Source: the human T2T-CHM13v2.0 reference genome, Homo sapiens
Reading direction: 5' to 3' (one strand)
Assembly: GCF_009914755.1 (NCBI RefSeq)
Contig: NC_060936.1
DNA: 64,000 nucleotides
The notes beneath the pieces were generated by a model. It saw nothing but the letters and a program-made list of their open reading frames with translations. It was not told where the DNA came from and searched no databases. A program made the translations under genes and the position numbers. Shown here one piece after another: positions 45,941-60,719 of this stretch; position 1 is the first letter of the stretch, and the number at the start of each line of letters is the position of its first letter.

Positions 45941-46159
45941 ATAGAATTTCAAACTGACTGATACTAGAACGCAAGAATTTAGATACATGAGTTCTATTCC
46001 TGAGACTAAGGCAAATATGCCCTTAGTTTGAACTATTCAAGGTCAAATGTTTTCAAAATTGGATCCAGGAGAATTCATTTGTTTAGTCATTAAATTCTTA
46101 TATTTCAGAGTAATCTTTGCAACAAGAAAGAAAAATATTCTAAGTCTATTAAAGACCTC

Positions 46160-49100
46160 ACCATTAGAGAATATTATAAATACCTCTATGCAGATAAACT
46201 AGAAAACCTAGAAAATAGATAAATTCCTAGACACTTACACCCTCCCAGTAGTGCACCAGGAAGAAATTCTATCCCTGAAAAGACCAATAACAAGTTCTGA
46301 AATTGAGGCAGTAATAAATAGACTACCAACCAAAAAAAAAAAAAAAAAAGCCCAGGTCTAGATGGATTTACAGCTGAATTCTACCAGAGGTACAAAGAAG
46401 AGCTGGTACCATTCCTACTGAAACTATTTCAAAAATGTGAAAAGGAGGTACTCCTCACTAATTTGAGGCCAACATCATCCTTATACCAAAACCAGGTAGA
46501 GATTCAACAAAAAAAGAAAACTTCAGGCTAATATCCTTGATGAATATTGACGCAAAAATCCTCAACAAAATACTGGCAAACCAAACCCAGTAACACATCA
46601 AAAAGCTTATCCAACATGATCAAGGTAGATTTTATCCCTGGGATGTAAAGTTGGTTCAACATACGCAAATCAATAACTGTGATTCATCACATAAACAGAG
46701 CTAAAGACAAAAACCACATGATTATCTCAATAGATGCAGAAAAGGCCTTCAATAAAATTCAAAATTCCTTCATGTTAAAAACTCAATAAACTAGGTGTTG
46801 AAGGAACATATCTCAAAATAATAAGAGCCAGCCACATATGACAAACCCAGAGCCAATGTCATACTGAATAGGCAAAAGCTGGCCACATTCCCCTTGAAAA
46901 CCAGCAAAAGACAAAGTTGCCCTCTCTCACCACTTTTCTTCAACATAGTATTGGAAGTTCCAGCCAGGGTGATCAGGGAAGAGAAAGAAAGAAAGTGTAT
47001 TCGAATAGGAAGAGAGGAAGTCAAACTATCTTTGTTTGCAGATGTCATAATCCTATATCTAGAGAACCCCATTGTCTCAGCCCAAAAGCTTCTTAAGCTG
47101 ATAAGCAAATTCAGCAAAGTCTCAGGATACAAAATCAATGTGCAAAAATCGCTAGCATTCCTATACACCAATAATGGGCAAGCCAAGAGCCAAACCATTA
47201 ATGAATTCCCATTGACAATTGCCACAAAAAGAATAAAATACCTAGGAATACAGCTAACAAGGGAAGTAAAGGACTTCTTCAAGGAGAACTACAAACCACT
47301 GCTCAAAGAAATCAGAGAGGACACAAACAAATGGAAAAACATTTTATGCTCGTGGATAGGAAGAATCAATATTGTAAAAATGGCCAAACTGCTCAAAGCA
47401 ATTTATAGATTCAGTGCTTTCCCCATCAAACTACCATTGACATTCTTTACAGAATTAGAAGACACTATTTTAAAATTCATATGGAACCAAAAAAGAGCCC
47501 AAATAATCAAGACAATCCTAAGCAAGAAGAACAAAGTTGGAGGCATCAAGCTACTCAACTTCAAACTATTTGACAGGGCTACAGTAACCAAAACAGCATG
47601 GTACTGGTACAAGAACAGACACATAGACCAACAGAACAGACTAGAGAACCCAGAAATAAGTCTGCACACCTACAACCATCTGATCTTCAACAAATCTGAC
47701 AAAAACAAGCAATGGGGAAAGGATTCCCTATTTAATAAATGGTGATGGGAGAACTGGCTAGCCATATGCAGAAAATTAAAACTGGACCTCTACCTTACAG
47801 CATATACAAAAATCAACCCAAGGTGGATTAAAGACTTAAATGTAAAGCCCAAATGTAGCCCTGTCAAATAGTTTGCAGTTGAGTAGCTTGATGCCTCCAA
47901 CTTTGTTCTTTTCGCTTAGGATTGTCTTGGCTATTCTGGCTCTTTTTTGGTTCCATATGAATTTTAAAATAGTTTCTTCTAATTCTGTGAAGAATGTCAA
48001 TGGTTGTTTGATGGGGAAACCCTAGAAGAAAACCTAGGCAATACCATTCAGGACATAGGCATGGGCAAAGATTTCATGATGAAGGCACCAAAAGCAATTG
48101 CAACAAAAGCAAAAATCGACAAATGGGATCAAATTAAACTAAAGAGCTTCTACACAGCAAAAGGAACTATCAACAGAGTAAACAGACAACCTCAATATAG
48201 GAGGAAATTTTTGCAAACTATGCATCTGACAAAGGTCTAATACCCAGCATCTCTAAGGAACTTAAACAAAATTACAAAAAAAAAAAAAAAAAAAAAACAT
48301 TAAAAAGTGGGCAAAGGACATGAACAGACACTTCTCAGAAGAAGACATATATGAGGCCAACAAACATGAAAAAAAGCTCAACATCACTGATCATTAGAGA
48401 AATGCACATCAAAACTACAATGAGATACCATCTCATGCCAGTCAGAATGGCTATTATTAAAAAGTCAAAAATCAGATGCTGGTGAGGTTGTAGAGAAAAG
48501 GAATGTTTTTACACTGTTGGTGGGAGTGTAAATTAGTACAACCATTGTGGAAGACAGTGTGGTGATTCCTCAGTGACCTAGAGGCAGAAATTCCATTCAA
48601 CCCAGCAATCCCATTACTGGGTATATACCCATAAGAATATAAATTGTTCTATTATAAAGACACATGCATGTGTGTGTTAACTGCAGCACTATTCACAATA
48701 GCAAAGACATGGAATCAACCTAAATGCCCATCAATGATAGACTGGATAAAGAAAATGTGGTACATATACACCTTAGAATACTATGCAGCCATAAAAGGAA
48801 ATGAGATCATGTCCTTCACAAGAACATGGATGGAGCTTGAAGCCATTATTTTCAGAAAACTAAGGCAGAAACAGAAAATCAAATACCTCATGTTCTCACT
48901 TATAAGTGGCAGCCGAATGATGAGAACAAATAGACACATGGAGGAGAACAACGCACACTGTGGCCTGTTGGAGGGTGAGGGATGGGTGGAGGGAGAGCAT
49001 CAGCAAGAACAGGTAATGGATGCTGGGCTTAATACCTGGGTGATAGGATGATCTGTGCTGCAAACCATCATGACACATGTTTATCTATGTAACAAACCTG

Positions 49101-49174
49101 CGCACCCTGCACATGTAACCCTGAACTTAAAATAAAAGTTGGAATTTTTTTTAAATACAAATAAAATTTAAAAA
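46160..49174 (+). mobile_element. 5'-truncated L1PA12-14-like element with TSD TAAAGACCTC
   Basis: ORF2 remnants (LFADVIILY; track ORFs 46894-47745, 48004-48240, 48644-49051); 3'UTR GGATGCTGGGCTTAATACC; TSD at 46150-46159 and 49175-49184. Confidence 0.92.
47854..48019 (-). repeat. Inverted copy of 47418-47583 inserted within the same L1
   Basis: Reverse complement aligns without gaps to 47418-47583 (about 10 mismatches in 166 bp by hand count). Confidence 0.95.
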
Positions 49175-51490
49175 TAAAGACCTCGTGATCACCCAAGGAA
49201 TAGATCCAGGAGTTTTGCACCCTTAGCTGTACAGCTTGGTACATATGGGTTTTTCCTGTTTTTATTCTCTGCATTATGATTGGTACCTAGTTATAAATAA
49301 AATATGATGGGCTATTTTGGTTTGATATGTGATTGTACTGTAGTTGGCATTTTATTTCTATAATTTGTGGACATTTATTGTAGGAAAGCATTTTAAAATG
49401 AAATGTAAGAGAAAGTGATTGTTAAACTTCACTATAAAAGTCAATGGATTTCTTTCAAGAAACATGATAGTACTATTGTAAAAAATTATCAATATGAGCA
49501 ATTTCAAACTGCTTTTAAAATTATTGGCTTTTATTTTACATTGATGTGACATCTAAATGATTTTACTCTAACATCATCAATCAATCCCTTAAATATGTAT
49601 AATATCATAGCAAAAACCCCTATACATATATAGTCTACCTTGAGAAATATTCACAGCTAATTTCTTTAAAAAATACACTGAGACAGTATTCCTTTGAAGA
49701 ATAAATATTAGGTAATGCAATTTTTTAAGGGTTGTTTTTGTAGATAAAAGGATGAATAGAAAAGACCTGAACACCATAAAGCAACAAAAATTTCTATCAC
49801 TTCTATGTACATATATGTATATGTATGTGTAGATGTATGTGTGTATATATACACACACATACTTCTCTGTGTATAGACAGACAGAAAAAGAAAAAGAAGC
49901 TTACAATGCCACAGAGATGAATTTATAATTTAGGGTATATTAAATCACTCAGTGTCTTCCTTCAATTAGTCAACAGTTAACTTCTCATGCATCTATGTTT
50001 ATTGACCACTTTTTCAAATGGGTTATATCAGGAAATACAACTTAGCAAATGTTAAAGCTCTAAATAGCCAAGTTAGACAAAATATACATAGTCCTAAAAA
50101 TAATTTTATCTATCATATAGCCACATTTTCACTCATTCATTAACAAATTTTATTAAACTCCTACTGCACTAAGTCCTGGGAGATCCCAGCAAAAATCACA
50201 AATCTCTTAAACTATCACAATGGTACTTAACAATTTTTAGAATTGTAAAATAAGTGACGAGCTTTTTCTTTAGATCTTAAATGGAACCAAGAACATACAA
50301 AAGCTGTACTGATATTAATTCTTCTCCCTTTCTAACTACCATCATCACAAGTGCTTGATCTTATATAATGAGATAACAAGGAATTTCATAAATATAGCCT
50401 AACCACTACACTATGGAATTTTACAATTCAGTAGAAATAGGTTAACAATCATTATTTATATTTGTCTGCTATTTTATAATTCAAAAAACACATCACATGC
50501 AGTATCTCATTTGGTGTATGTGTGCTGCTATGGTTATCCATATAGAGATACCACTATAAATTGATAAAATTCCTATAAAAATCAACAGAATAAGAACTTC
50601 TAAGTAAGACACACATATACATACAGCAAGGTATATATCCAATGCAATTCAAAACTGAAGAAAGATGAGGTAAAGCCTCATGAGTGCGTGGCTCTACAAT
50701 ATGATCAGCACTGAAACATTTTGAAAAAGAGATGAGATTTAAGGATACATTTAACTAACAAAAAGAGTCCACTTAATAGGTTCAAGTAAAGGAAGTTCAG
50801 GAAGACATTCCAAGGACAGTGCTATTTTGGAAAAGGCACCGAATTTTATAATAAAAATTTATGCTAAGGTTTACAACCATGCCACTTGTCTCATTCTGTA
50901 GTGCCTCCAAAAGTGTTATTGAGATTAATACCAGATTCTATAAATGAACAATAAATAAGTCATCCAATATTTCCATCTCACTTCTTTTATTTCAGGGTTT
51001 TAAATATTTTAAGACTATTTAAAGGAAGCTGACAAGCAAAGTCATCCAAACATATCCATAACTAATCTTGTTTTCCAACATATGATGTAAAACCAATGAA
51101 TCACAGTAACTAACTCAAATAAGTGACCCTGCGTCATTCCTATTATGAGAACAGGCCATCTGCTCATTGTCCTCGAAAGCTAAACACTGCTCCAGCTTAA
51201 CTTTGTCAGAGCAGTAATTATTCACTTTGGCAAGCATTGCGCGAATTGTTTGTTTCATCACCATAAAGATTCTATTTGGGCATCCAAATGCTGTATATTT
51301 TCTTCTCTGGCATTACATGAACATTCATTCCTCTTCATAATATGGGAAATTTATTCAGTGCCAATTAGAAAAATAAACTCCAGGATGAAAATGGCCCTGT
51401 TGCATCAGAAATCATACACAAACTAGACTCTTCCTGCTATTACCCAATTACAGAGAAATTTTAATAACGTCTCTGTCTCAATTGCAAATA

Positions 51491-51568
51491 ATAGGTTAAG
51501 TCATATGAAATGTTCGATATTCAATTATTTGACTTATTAAAATTTCAATTTCATATCATCCTACTTAA
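51491..51568. mobile_element. MADE2 mariner MITE
   Basis: TAGGTTAAGTCATATGAAAT...GATATTC...TTTGAC...CAATTTCATAT...ACTTAA, about 80 bp and palindromic. Confidence 0.75.
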
Positions 51569-51668
51569 TATAATGAACCAGAGATGGTTCATACTTCTAC
51601 TTACTAATTAAAACTATCTATCTTAAAAGACACATCAATATATTAGACTCTAAGGAAATGACTCATAC

Positions 51669-51738
51669 CTGGCTCCTACTTTCTAGCTATTTCAGATCAC
51701 AGAAAGCTAAACTGTAAATTACTCTATTTGCCTTTTGT
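51669..51738 (-). pseudogene. Candidate exon C (70 nt; inferred frameshift plus stop)
   Basis: Acceptor ttgtattttgactctgtag|A, donor CAG|gtatga. Entry frame reads QKANRVIYSLAFCDLK*; exit frame reads SEIARK*EP. Confidence 0.45.
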
Positions 51739-51966
51739 CTACAGAGTCAAAATACAATTTTCAAAAAACAAAAAAACATGTTTTCCTTACAATTACAGAT
51801 GAATACATGTCAAAATGTTTTAGCTCATTAATGAGGGATCCACTAAGATCTTAAAGCTGGTTCTGAGGGTATTTTGAGGAACTGGCATTTATAGGCATTT
51901 TGGGAAAACAAAGTAAGAATAAAAATAAGTTTGCTACGTAAGATACAAATTTGATTAGTGTCTTAC

Positions 51967-52024
51967 AGTGTTATAAAATCATAACATTTGGGCTTATCTT
52001 CTCTTTCTTTCTTATCTTCCCTTT
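51967..52024 (-). pseudogene. Candidate exon B (58 nt)
   Basis: Acceptor ttaatttgaatttttctgttcag|AA, donor ACT|gtaaga; the only open frame is phase 1 to 2, REDKKEREDKPKCYDFIT. Confidence 0.45.
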
Positions 52025-52295
52025 CTGAACAGAAAAATTCAAATTAACATGTGTCTGGACTCCAATCAAATAGAAAATAGCAAAATGAAACACAGATACA
52101 TTTCCCTAGATAATTAAAATATCCTTAGGTAAGCTCATTAAATGAAGCCCCAGTGTGGCAATGAATAAACCTATTGACCCTCATCCCTTTGCCTTATTTT
52201 TAAGTTTTAAATAATATTTCTTAACAATAGTATGAAAAGGAGAACTTTATTGTAGAATAGAAGTTGGAATTACTGTCTTAAATTCAACTTTTTTT

Positions 52296-52608
<313 letters not shown>

Positions 52609-53452
52609 TCAACTTTTCTTTGTGGAATTTATTTATCTCCACTATCCTCTTTGCCTAGTTTTTGATCTCAGGATCTTTGTGCTAGCATATTATTCTAAAA
52701 TAGTAATCACCACAAATTAAAAAAATTCAGTAAACCCATGATCACCTACATCCAGATAACCTTCACTGGTCATTTCCTATGCTGGATTATTAGAATTTGA
52801 ACTCATACTTAGGTATAGATTACTGTTTTTTTAGTACCAAGTCAAAGGCTATAAACATTATGTTAACTATTTGATAAACCTCTTTTCATGCATATCCCCC
52901 GCCTTCCCAATACCACCACGTCTATACATTGAAAGTTCCTAAAGCAGAAGGGGTTTTACAAATATGTAAGTCTCCTTAAATAGCAATTACAAAGACCTAA
53001 ATAAAAATTTTGCAATCGCCATCTTTATGCCAAGAAATATGCTTACTATTGATATTCCAAAAACATACAGTCAAATATACTTTCAATTTTAAATATGATT
53101 GCCTTAAATAAATTCTGTTTTAAGTCAGTCACTTTTCTAAAAAATTTTTCCATAGGTTATTGGGGTACAGGTGGTATTTGATTACATGAGTAAGTTCTTT
53201 AGCGGTGATTTGTGAGATTTTGGTGCACCCATAACCCAAGCAGTATACACGGTACCCTATTTGTAGTATTTTATACCTCACCCCCTTCCACCTTCCCCCC
53301 AAGTTCCCAAAGTCCACTGTATAATTCTTATGCCTTTGTGTCCTCATAGCTTAGCTCCCACATATCAGTGAGAACATACGATGTTTGGTTTTCTACCCCT
53401 GAGTTACTTCACTTAGAATAAGTCTCCTTTTCATGACTGAGTAGTATTCCAT

Positions 53453-53456
<4 letters not shown>

Positions 53457-53529
<73 letters not shown>
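53457..53529. repeat. (TA)n(GA)n compound microsatellite within L1PB1
   Basis: Direct reading; explains the [12 protein letters not shown] runs in the ORF track. Confidence 0.95.
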
Positions 53530-53530
<1 letters not shown>

Positions 53531-56500
53531 ACAGTTTCTTTATCCACTCGTTGATTGATGGGCATTTGGGTTGGTTCCACAAATTTGCAATTGTGAATTG
53601 TGCTGCCATAAATATGCTTGTGCAAGTATCTTTTTCATATAATGACTTATTTTTCTCTGGGTAGATACCCAGTAATGGAATTGCTGGATCAAATGGTAGT
53701 TCTACTTTTAGTTCTTTAAGGAACCTCCACACTGTTTTCCATAATAGTTGTACTAGTTTACACTCCCACCAGCAGTTTAGAAGTGTTCCCTGATCACTGC
53801 ATCCATGCCAGCATCTACTGTTTTTTGATTTTTTTATTATGGCCATTCTTGCAGGAGTAAGGTGGCATTGCATTGTGGTTTTGATTTGCATTTCTCTGAT
53901 CATTAGTGATGTTGAGCATTTTTTCATATGTTTGTTGTCCATTGGCATATCTTCTTTTGAGAATTGTCTATTCATGTCCTCAGCCCACTTTTTGATGGGC
54001 TTGTTTGCTTTTTTCTTACTGATTTGTTTGAGTTCATTGTAGATTCTGCATATTAGTTCTTTGTCAAATGTATAGATTGTGAAGATTTTTCTCCCACTCT
54101 GTGGGCTGTTTACTCTGCTGACTGTTCCTTTTGCTGTGCAAAAGCTATTTAGTTTAATTAAGTCCCAGCTATTTATCTTTGTTTTTATTACATTTGCTTT
54201 TGGGTTCTTGGTCATGGAATCCTTGCCTAAGCCAGTGTCTAGAAGGGTTTTTCCAATGTTATCTTCTAGAATTTTTAGTTTCAGGTCTTAGATTTAAGTC
54301 CTTAATCCGTCTTGAGTTGATTTTTGTACAAAGTGAGAGATGAGGATCCAGTTTCATTCTCCTACAGGTGGCTAGCCAATTATCCCAGCACCATTTGTTG
54401 AAAGGGTGCCCTTTCCCCACTTTATATTTTTGTTTGCTTTGTCAAAGACCAGTTGGCTGTATCTGGGTTTATTTCTGAGTTCTCTATTCTGTTCCATTTG
54501 TCTATGTGCCTATATTTATACCAATACCATGCTGTTTTGGTGACTATGGCCTTACAGTATAGTTTGAAATCAGGTAGCGGGATGCCTCCAGATTTGTTCT
54601 TTTTGCTTAGTCTTTCTTTGGCTGTGCAGGCTCTTTTTTGGTTCCATATGAATTTTACAATTGTTATTTCTAATTCTGTGAAGAATGATCGTGGTATTTT
54701 GATGGGGATTGCGTTGAATTTGTAAACTGCTTTTGGCAGTATGGTCATTTTCACAATATTGATTCTACTCATCCATGAGTATGGGATGTATTTCCGTTTG
54801 TTTGTGTCATCTATGATTTTTTTTCAGCAGTGTATTGTAGTTTTCCTTGTAGAGGTCTTTCGCCTCCTTGGTTAGATATATTCCTAAGTTATTTATTTAT
54901 TTATTTATTGCAGCTATTGTAAAAGAGATTGAGTTCTTGATTTGATTCTCCACTTGGTTGCTCTTCTTGTATAGAAGAGCTACCGATTTGTGTACATTAA
55001 TCTTGTATCCAGAAACTTTGCTGAATTCTTTTATCAGTTCTAGGAGCTTTCTGAAGGAATCTGTAGGGTTTTCAAGGTAAACGATTGCATCATCAGCAAA
55101 GAGTGACAGTTTTACTTCCTCTTTACTGATTTCTGTCTCTTGTCTGATTGCTCTGGCTATGACTTCCAGTACTGTGTTGAAGAGGAGTGGTGAGAGTGGG
55201 CATCGTTGTCTTGTTCCTAGTTCTCAGAGGGAATGCTTTCAACTTTTCCCCATTCGGTATTATGTTGGCTGTGGGTTTGTCATAGATGGCTTTTATTACA
55301 TTGAGGTGTGTCCTTGTATGCTGATTTTGCTGAGAGTTTTAATAATAAAGGAAGGCTGGACTTTGTCAAATGCTTTTTCTGCATCTATTGAGATGATCAT
55401 GTGATTTTTGTTTTTAATTCTCTTTATGTGGTGTATCACATTTATTGACTTGCATATATTAAACCATCCCTGCATCCCTCGTATGAAACCCACTTCATTA
55501 TGGTGGATTCTCTTTTTAATGTGTTGTTGGATTCAGTTAGCTAATATTTTGTTAAGGATTTTAGTGTCTGTGTCCATCGGGGATATTGGTCTGTAGTTTT
55601 CTTTTTGTGCTATGTCCTTTCCTGGTTTTGGTATTAGGGTGATGCAGGCTTCATAGAATGAATTGGGGAGGGTTCCCTCTTTCTCTATGCTGTGGAATAG
55701 TGTCAAAAGGATTAGTACCAATTCTTCTTTGAAGGTCTGGTAGAATTCAGCTGTGAATCCATCTGGTCCCAGACTTCTTTTTGTTCATAATTTTTAAATT
55801 ACCATTTCAATCTTGCCGCTTGTTATTGGTCTGTTCAGGGTATCTAACTCTTTCTGATTTAAGCTAGGAGGGTTGTATTTCTCCAGGAATGTGTCCATCT
55901 CTTCTAGGTTTTCTAGTTTATGTGCGTAAAAGTGTTCATAGTACCTTTGAATGATCTTTTGTATTTCAGTGGTGTCAGCTGTAGTACCTCCCGATTCGTT
56001 TCTTAATGAGGTTATTTGAATTTTCTCTCTTCTTTTCTTGTTTAATCTTGCTAATGGTCTAACAACTTTATTTATCTTTTCAAAGAACCAGCTTTTTGTT
56101 TCATTTATCTTTTGTATTTTTGTTTGTTTCAATTTCATTTAGTTCTGCTCTGATCTTGGTTATTTCCTTTCTTCTGCTGGGTTTGGGTTTGGTTTGTTCT
56201 TGTTTCTCTAGTTCCTTGAGGTGTGACCTTAGAATGTCATTTTCTGCTCCTTCAGTCTTTTTGATGTCATTTTTGGGGGCTATAAACCTTCCTCTTAGCA
56301 CTGCCTTTGCTGTTTTCCAGAGGTTTTCATAGGTTGTGTCATTATTGTCATTCAATTAGAAGAATTTCTTAATTTCCATCTTGATTTCGTTTTTGACCCA
56401 ATGATCATTCAGGAGCAGGTTATTTAATTTCCATGTATTTGCATGGTTTTGAAGGTCTCTTTTGGAGTTGATTTCCAATTGTATTCTACTGTGGTCCGAG

Positions 56501-58099
56501 AGAGTGCTTGGTATAATTTCAATTTTATTAAATTTATTGAGGCTCACTTTGTAGCCTATCATATGGTCTATCTTGGAGAAAGTTCCATACACTGTTGAAT
56601 AGAATATATATACTGTGGTTGTTGGATGAAATGTTCTGTATATATCTGTTAAGTCCATTTGTTCCAAGGCATAGTTTAAATCCATTGTTTCTTTGTTGGC
56701 TTTCTGTCTTGATGACCTGTCTAGTGCTGTCAGTGGAGTATTCAAGTTCCCCACTATTATTGTATTGCTGTCTATCTCATTTCTTAGGCCTATTAGTAAT
56801 TGTTTTATAAATTTGGGAGCTCCAGTGTTACTTGCATATATGTTTAGGATGACATTTTCCTGTTGGACAAGGCCTTTTACCATTATACAATGTCCCTATT
56901 TGTCTCTTTTAACTGCTGTCACTTTAAAATTTGTTTTGTCTGATACAAGAATAGCTACCGCTGCTCACTTTTGGTGTCCATTTGCATGAAATACCTTTTT
57001 CTACCCCTTTACTTTAAATTTATGTGAGTCCTTATTTTTAGGTGAGTCTCCTGAATGCAACAGATAGTTGGTTGGTGAGTTCTATCCATCCTGTAGTTCT
57101 GATCTTTTAAGTGGAGCATTTAGGCTGTTTACATTCAATGTTAGTATTGAGATGTGAGGCACCATTCCATTCATCGTGCTATTTGTTGCCTGTGTACCTT
57201 GGTTTTTTTGGGGTTTTGTTTTTGCTTTTCAAATTGTATTTTTGTTTATAGGGTCTGTGTGATTTATGCTTCAAACAGGTTCTGTTTTGATGTGTTTTCA
57301 GGATTTGTTTCACAATTTAGAGCTCCTCTTAGCAGTTCTTGTAGTGGTTTCTTGATAGTGGTGAATTCTCTCAGCATTTATTTGTCTGAAAAAGACTGTT
57401 ATCTTTCCTATATGTATGATGCTTAGTTTCACTGGATACAAAATTCCTGGCTGACAATTGTTCTGTTTGAGGAGGCTGAAGATAGGGCCCCAATCTCTTC
57501 TAGCTTGTAGGGTTTCTGCTGAGGAGTCTGCTGTTAATATGATAGGTTTTCCTTTATAGGTCACCTGGGGCTTTCACCTCACAGCTCTTAAGATTCTTTC
57601 CTTTGTCTTAACTTTAGATAATTTGATAATAATATGCCTAGACAATGATCTTTTTGCAATAAATTTCCCAGGTGTTCTTCATGCTTCTTATATTTGGATA
57701 TCTAGGTCTCTAGCAAGGCCAGGGAAGCTTTCCTTGATTATTCCCCCAAATATGTTTTCCAAACTTTTAGATTTCTCTTCTTCCTCAGGAACACCAATTA
57801 TTCTTAGGTTTGGTCATTTAACGTAATGCCAGACTTCTTGTAGGCTTTGTTCATATTTTCTTATTCCTTTTTCTTTGTCTTTGATGGATTGAGTTAATTT
57901 GAAGACCTTGTCTTTGAGCTCTGAATTTCTCTATTCTACTTGCTTAATTCTATTGCTGAGACTTTCCAGAGCATTTTGCATTTATATAAGTGTGTCCAGT
58001 GTTTCCTGAAGTTTTGATTATTCTTTTTCATGCTATTTCCTTGAATATTTCTCCCTTCACTTCTTGTATCATTTTCAGGATTTCCTTGCACTGGGCTTA

Positions 58100-58462
<363 letters not shown>

Positions 58463-60206
58463 ACAACTAACCTCCTGAATTATTTTTCAGGTAAATCAGG
58501 GATTTCTTCTTGGTTTGGATCCATTGCTGGTGAGCTTGTGTGATTTTTTTTGGTGGTATTAAAGAGCCTTGTTTTGTCATATCACCAGAGTTGGTTTTCT
58601 GGTTCCTTCTCATTTGGGTAGCCTCTGTCAGAGGGAAGGTCTAGGGCTGAAGACTGTTGTTCAGATTCTTTTGTCCCACGGAGTGTTCCCTTAATGTAGT
58701 TCTTTCCTCCTCTTTCTATGGATGTGGCTTCCTGAGAGCTGAGCTGCAGTGACTGTTATCTGTCTTCTGGGTCTAGCCACCCAGCAAGTCTACCAGGCTC
58801 CAGGCTGGTACTGAGGGCTGTCTGCACAGAGTCCTGTGATGTAGACCGTCTATGGGTCTCTCAGCCATGGATACCAGCATCTCTTCTGGTGGAGGTGGCA
58901 GGGGGTGAAACGGACTCTGTGAGGGTTCTTAGCTTTGGTGGTTTAATGTTCTATTTTCCTGCTGGTTGGCCCCTGTTGGGAGGTGGCACTTTCCAGAGAG
59001 CATCAGCTGTGGTATTATGGAGAGGAACCAGTGGTGTTAGGGCCTTAGAACTCCCAAGATTATATGCCCTTTCCCTTCAGCTACCAGGGTGGGTAGGGAA
59101 GGCCCATCAGGTGGGGCAGGGCTATGCATGTCTGAGCTCAGATTCTGCTTGGGCAGGTCTTGCTGCAGCTGCTGTGGAGAATGGGGGTAAGGTCCCAGGT
59201 CAATGGAGTTGTGTACCTAGGAGGATTATGGCTGCTTCTGCTGAGTCAGGCAGGTTGTCAGGGAAGTGGGGGAAAGCCGGCAGTCACAGGCCTCACCCAG
59301 CTCCCACACAATCCAAAGGGTCAATCTCATTCCTGCAGTGCCCCCTCTAACAGCACCAAGTCTGTTTCCAGGCCAGTGGGCTAGCAGGGCTTGAGAACTT
59401 ACCCCAGGCTCCCCATCTCCCAGCTGTGAAAGAAAAGGGCTTTGGTTTTTCCCCTGCCTGTGGAGTCTACATGCTGGATTCACATCCTCCCCCGAGTTCT
59501 GGCCAGGAAGCTTCTCGCCCAGTTCAAATTCTTACAAAGTTCAGCTCTACCTTCTCCCTGTGGCATTTTCCCCTGAGCCTCTGGCCGCCCTCCCAAAGGA
59601 TCCCTGTGACACCAGGCAGGAATGGCCTGCTTGGGGACCCAGCCAGCTCCCAGGACCTTTCCTGCTGCTTCCTCTACCCCATGTATTTCACTCAGCTCTC
59701 TAAATTGACTCGGCTCCAGGTAAGGTTGGAAACTTCTCCTGCAAACTAGATCTTCAGTTTCCCCAGTGGGGATGTGTTTTCGGGGGTGGAGGATGTCCCT
59801 TTCCCACTTCCACGGTTTGGGCACTCACAGTATTTGGTGTGTTTCCTGGGTCCTACAGGAACAATCTGCTTCCTTCAGAGGGTCTGTTGGTCCTCTCGGG
59901 ATTCCTGCTTTGCTCTTGCACTCATTCTGAAGCTAATATTTATGATGCGAGCCTCTGCACGCTGCTCTGTCCATCCAAGTCAGAGTTGCAATCCAGTCCT
60001 GCCTCTATTTGAAAAATAAAGTCAGTCACTTTTAATATAATTTTTTTTTATTTTGTCAGCTTCTTGGAATTAATCTTTAAATTCCTGATATGGGGAACAT
60101 TAGAAGCTTTAAGCACACTCTCTTGAGACTATGTGAATTATAAAAATTAACAGAAGATTATTGTTTTAATTTCATGTGTAAGTGAATGAGGGATGAGACT
60201 ATAGTA

Positions 60207-60538
60207 CAGTTGTCCCACAATATCCACTGGGGAATGTGTTCCAGGACCCCCTGAAACAGCAAAATCAATGAATGCTCAAATTCCTGATATAAAATAGGGG
60301 TACTATTTACATGTAAACTATACACATCCTGCCATAACTTTAGATCATCTCTAGATTACTTATAATATCTAAGACAATGTAAATGTTATAAAAATAGTTG
60401 TTATACTATATCATTTAGAGAATAATGACAAGGAAAAATGTATGTACATGTTCAATACAGACACAATTTTTTTGGAATATATTCAATCTGTTGGTTGAAT
60501 CCACAAATATGGAACACACAAATATGAAGGGCCAACTC
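60207..60538 (+). mobile_element. MER2 (Tigger family) with TA TSD
   Basis: TA|CAGTTGTCCC...TTCCAGGACCCCC...GGGCCAACTC|TA. Confidence 0.9.
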
Positions 60539-60719
60539 TATTTAGAAAAGGCATAAGTGAGAAGCTCTGTACAAAGATAGCTATAGTCGGGAGCTCTATG
60601 ATCTGGATTTACGTTTCACTTGAAGTAGGCAGCTGTAAATAAAAATATTAAATGGGACTCCTTCAAAAGGAAACATTTTAGCAAACAACATGTAATGCAT
60701 AAAGTTAGGTTGAAAACTA

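Noticed and set aside
46791-47669. Hydrophobic antisense ORFs (also 3320-3601, 54453-54725)
   Set aside because: These are the usual antisense frames of A-rich L1 ORF2.
58889-60019. Cluster of 74-153 aa ORFs in a GC-richer stretch
   Set aside because: They lie in the L1PBa 5'UTR, where higher GC lowers stop frequency; no recognisable domain.
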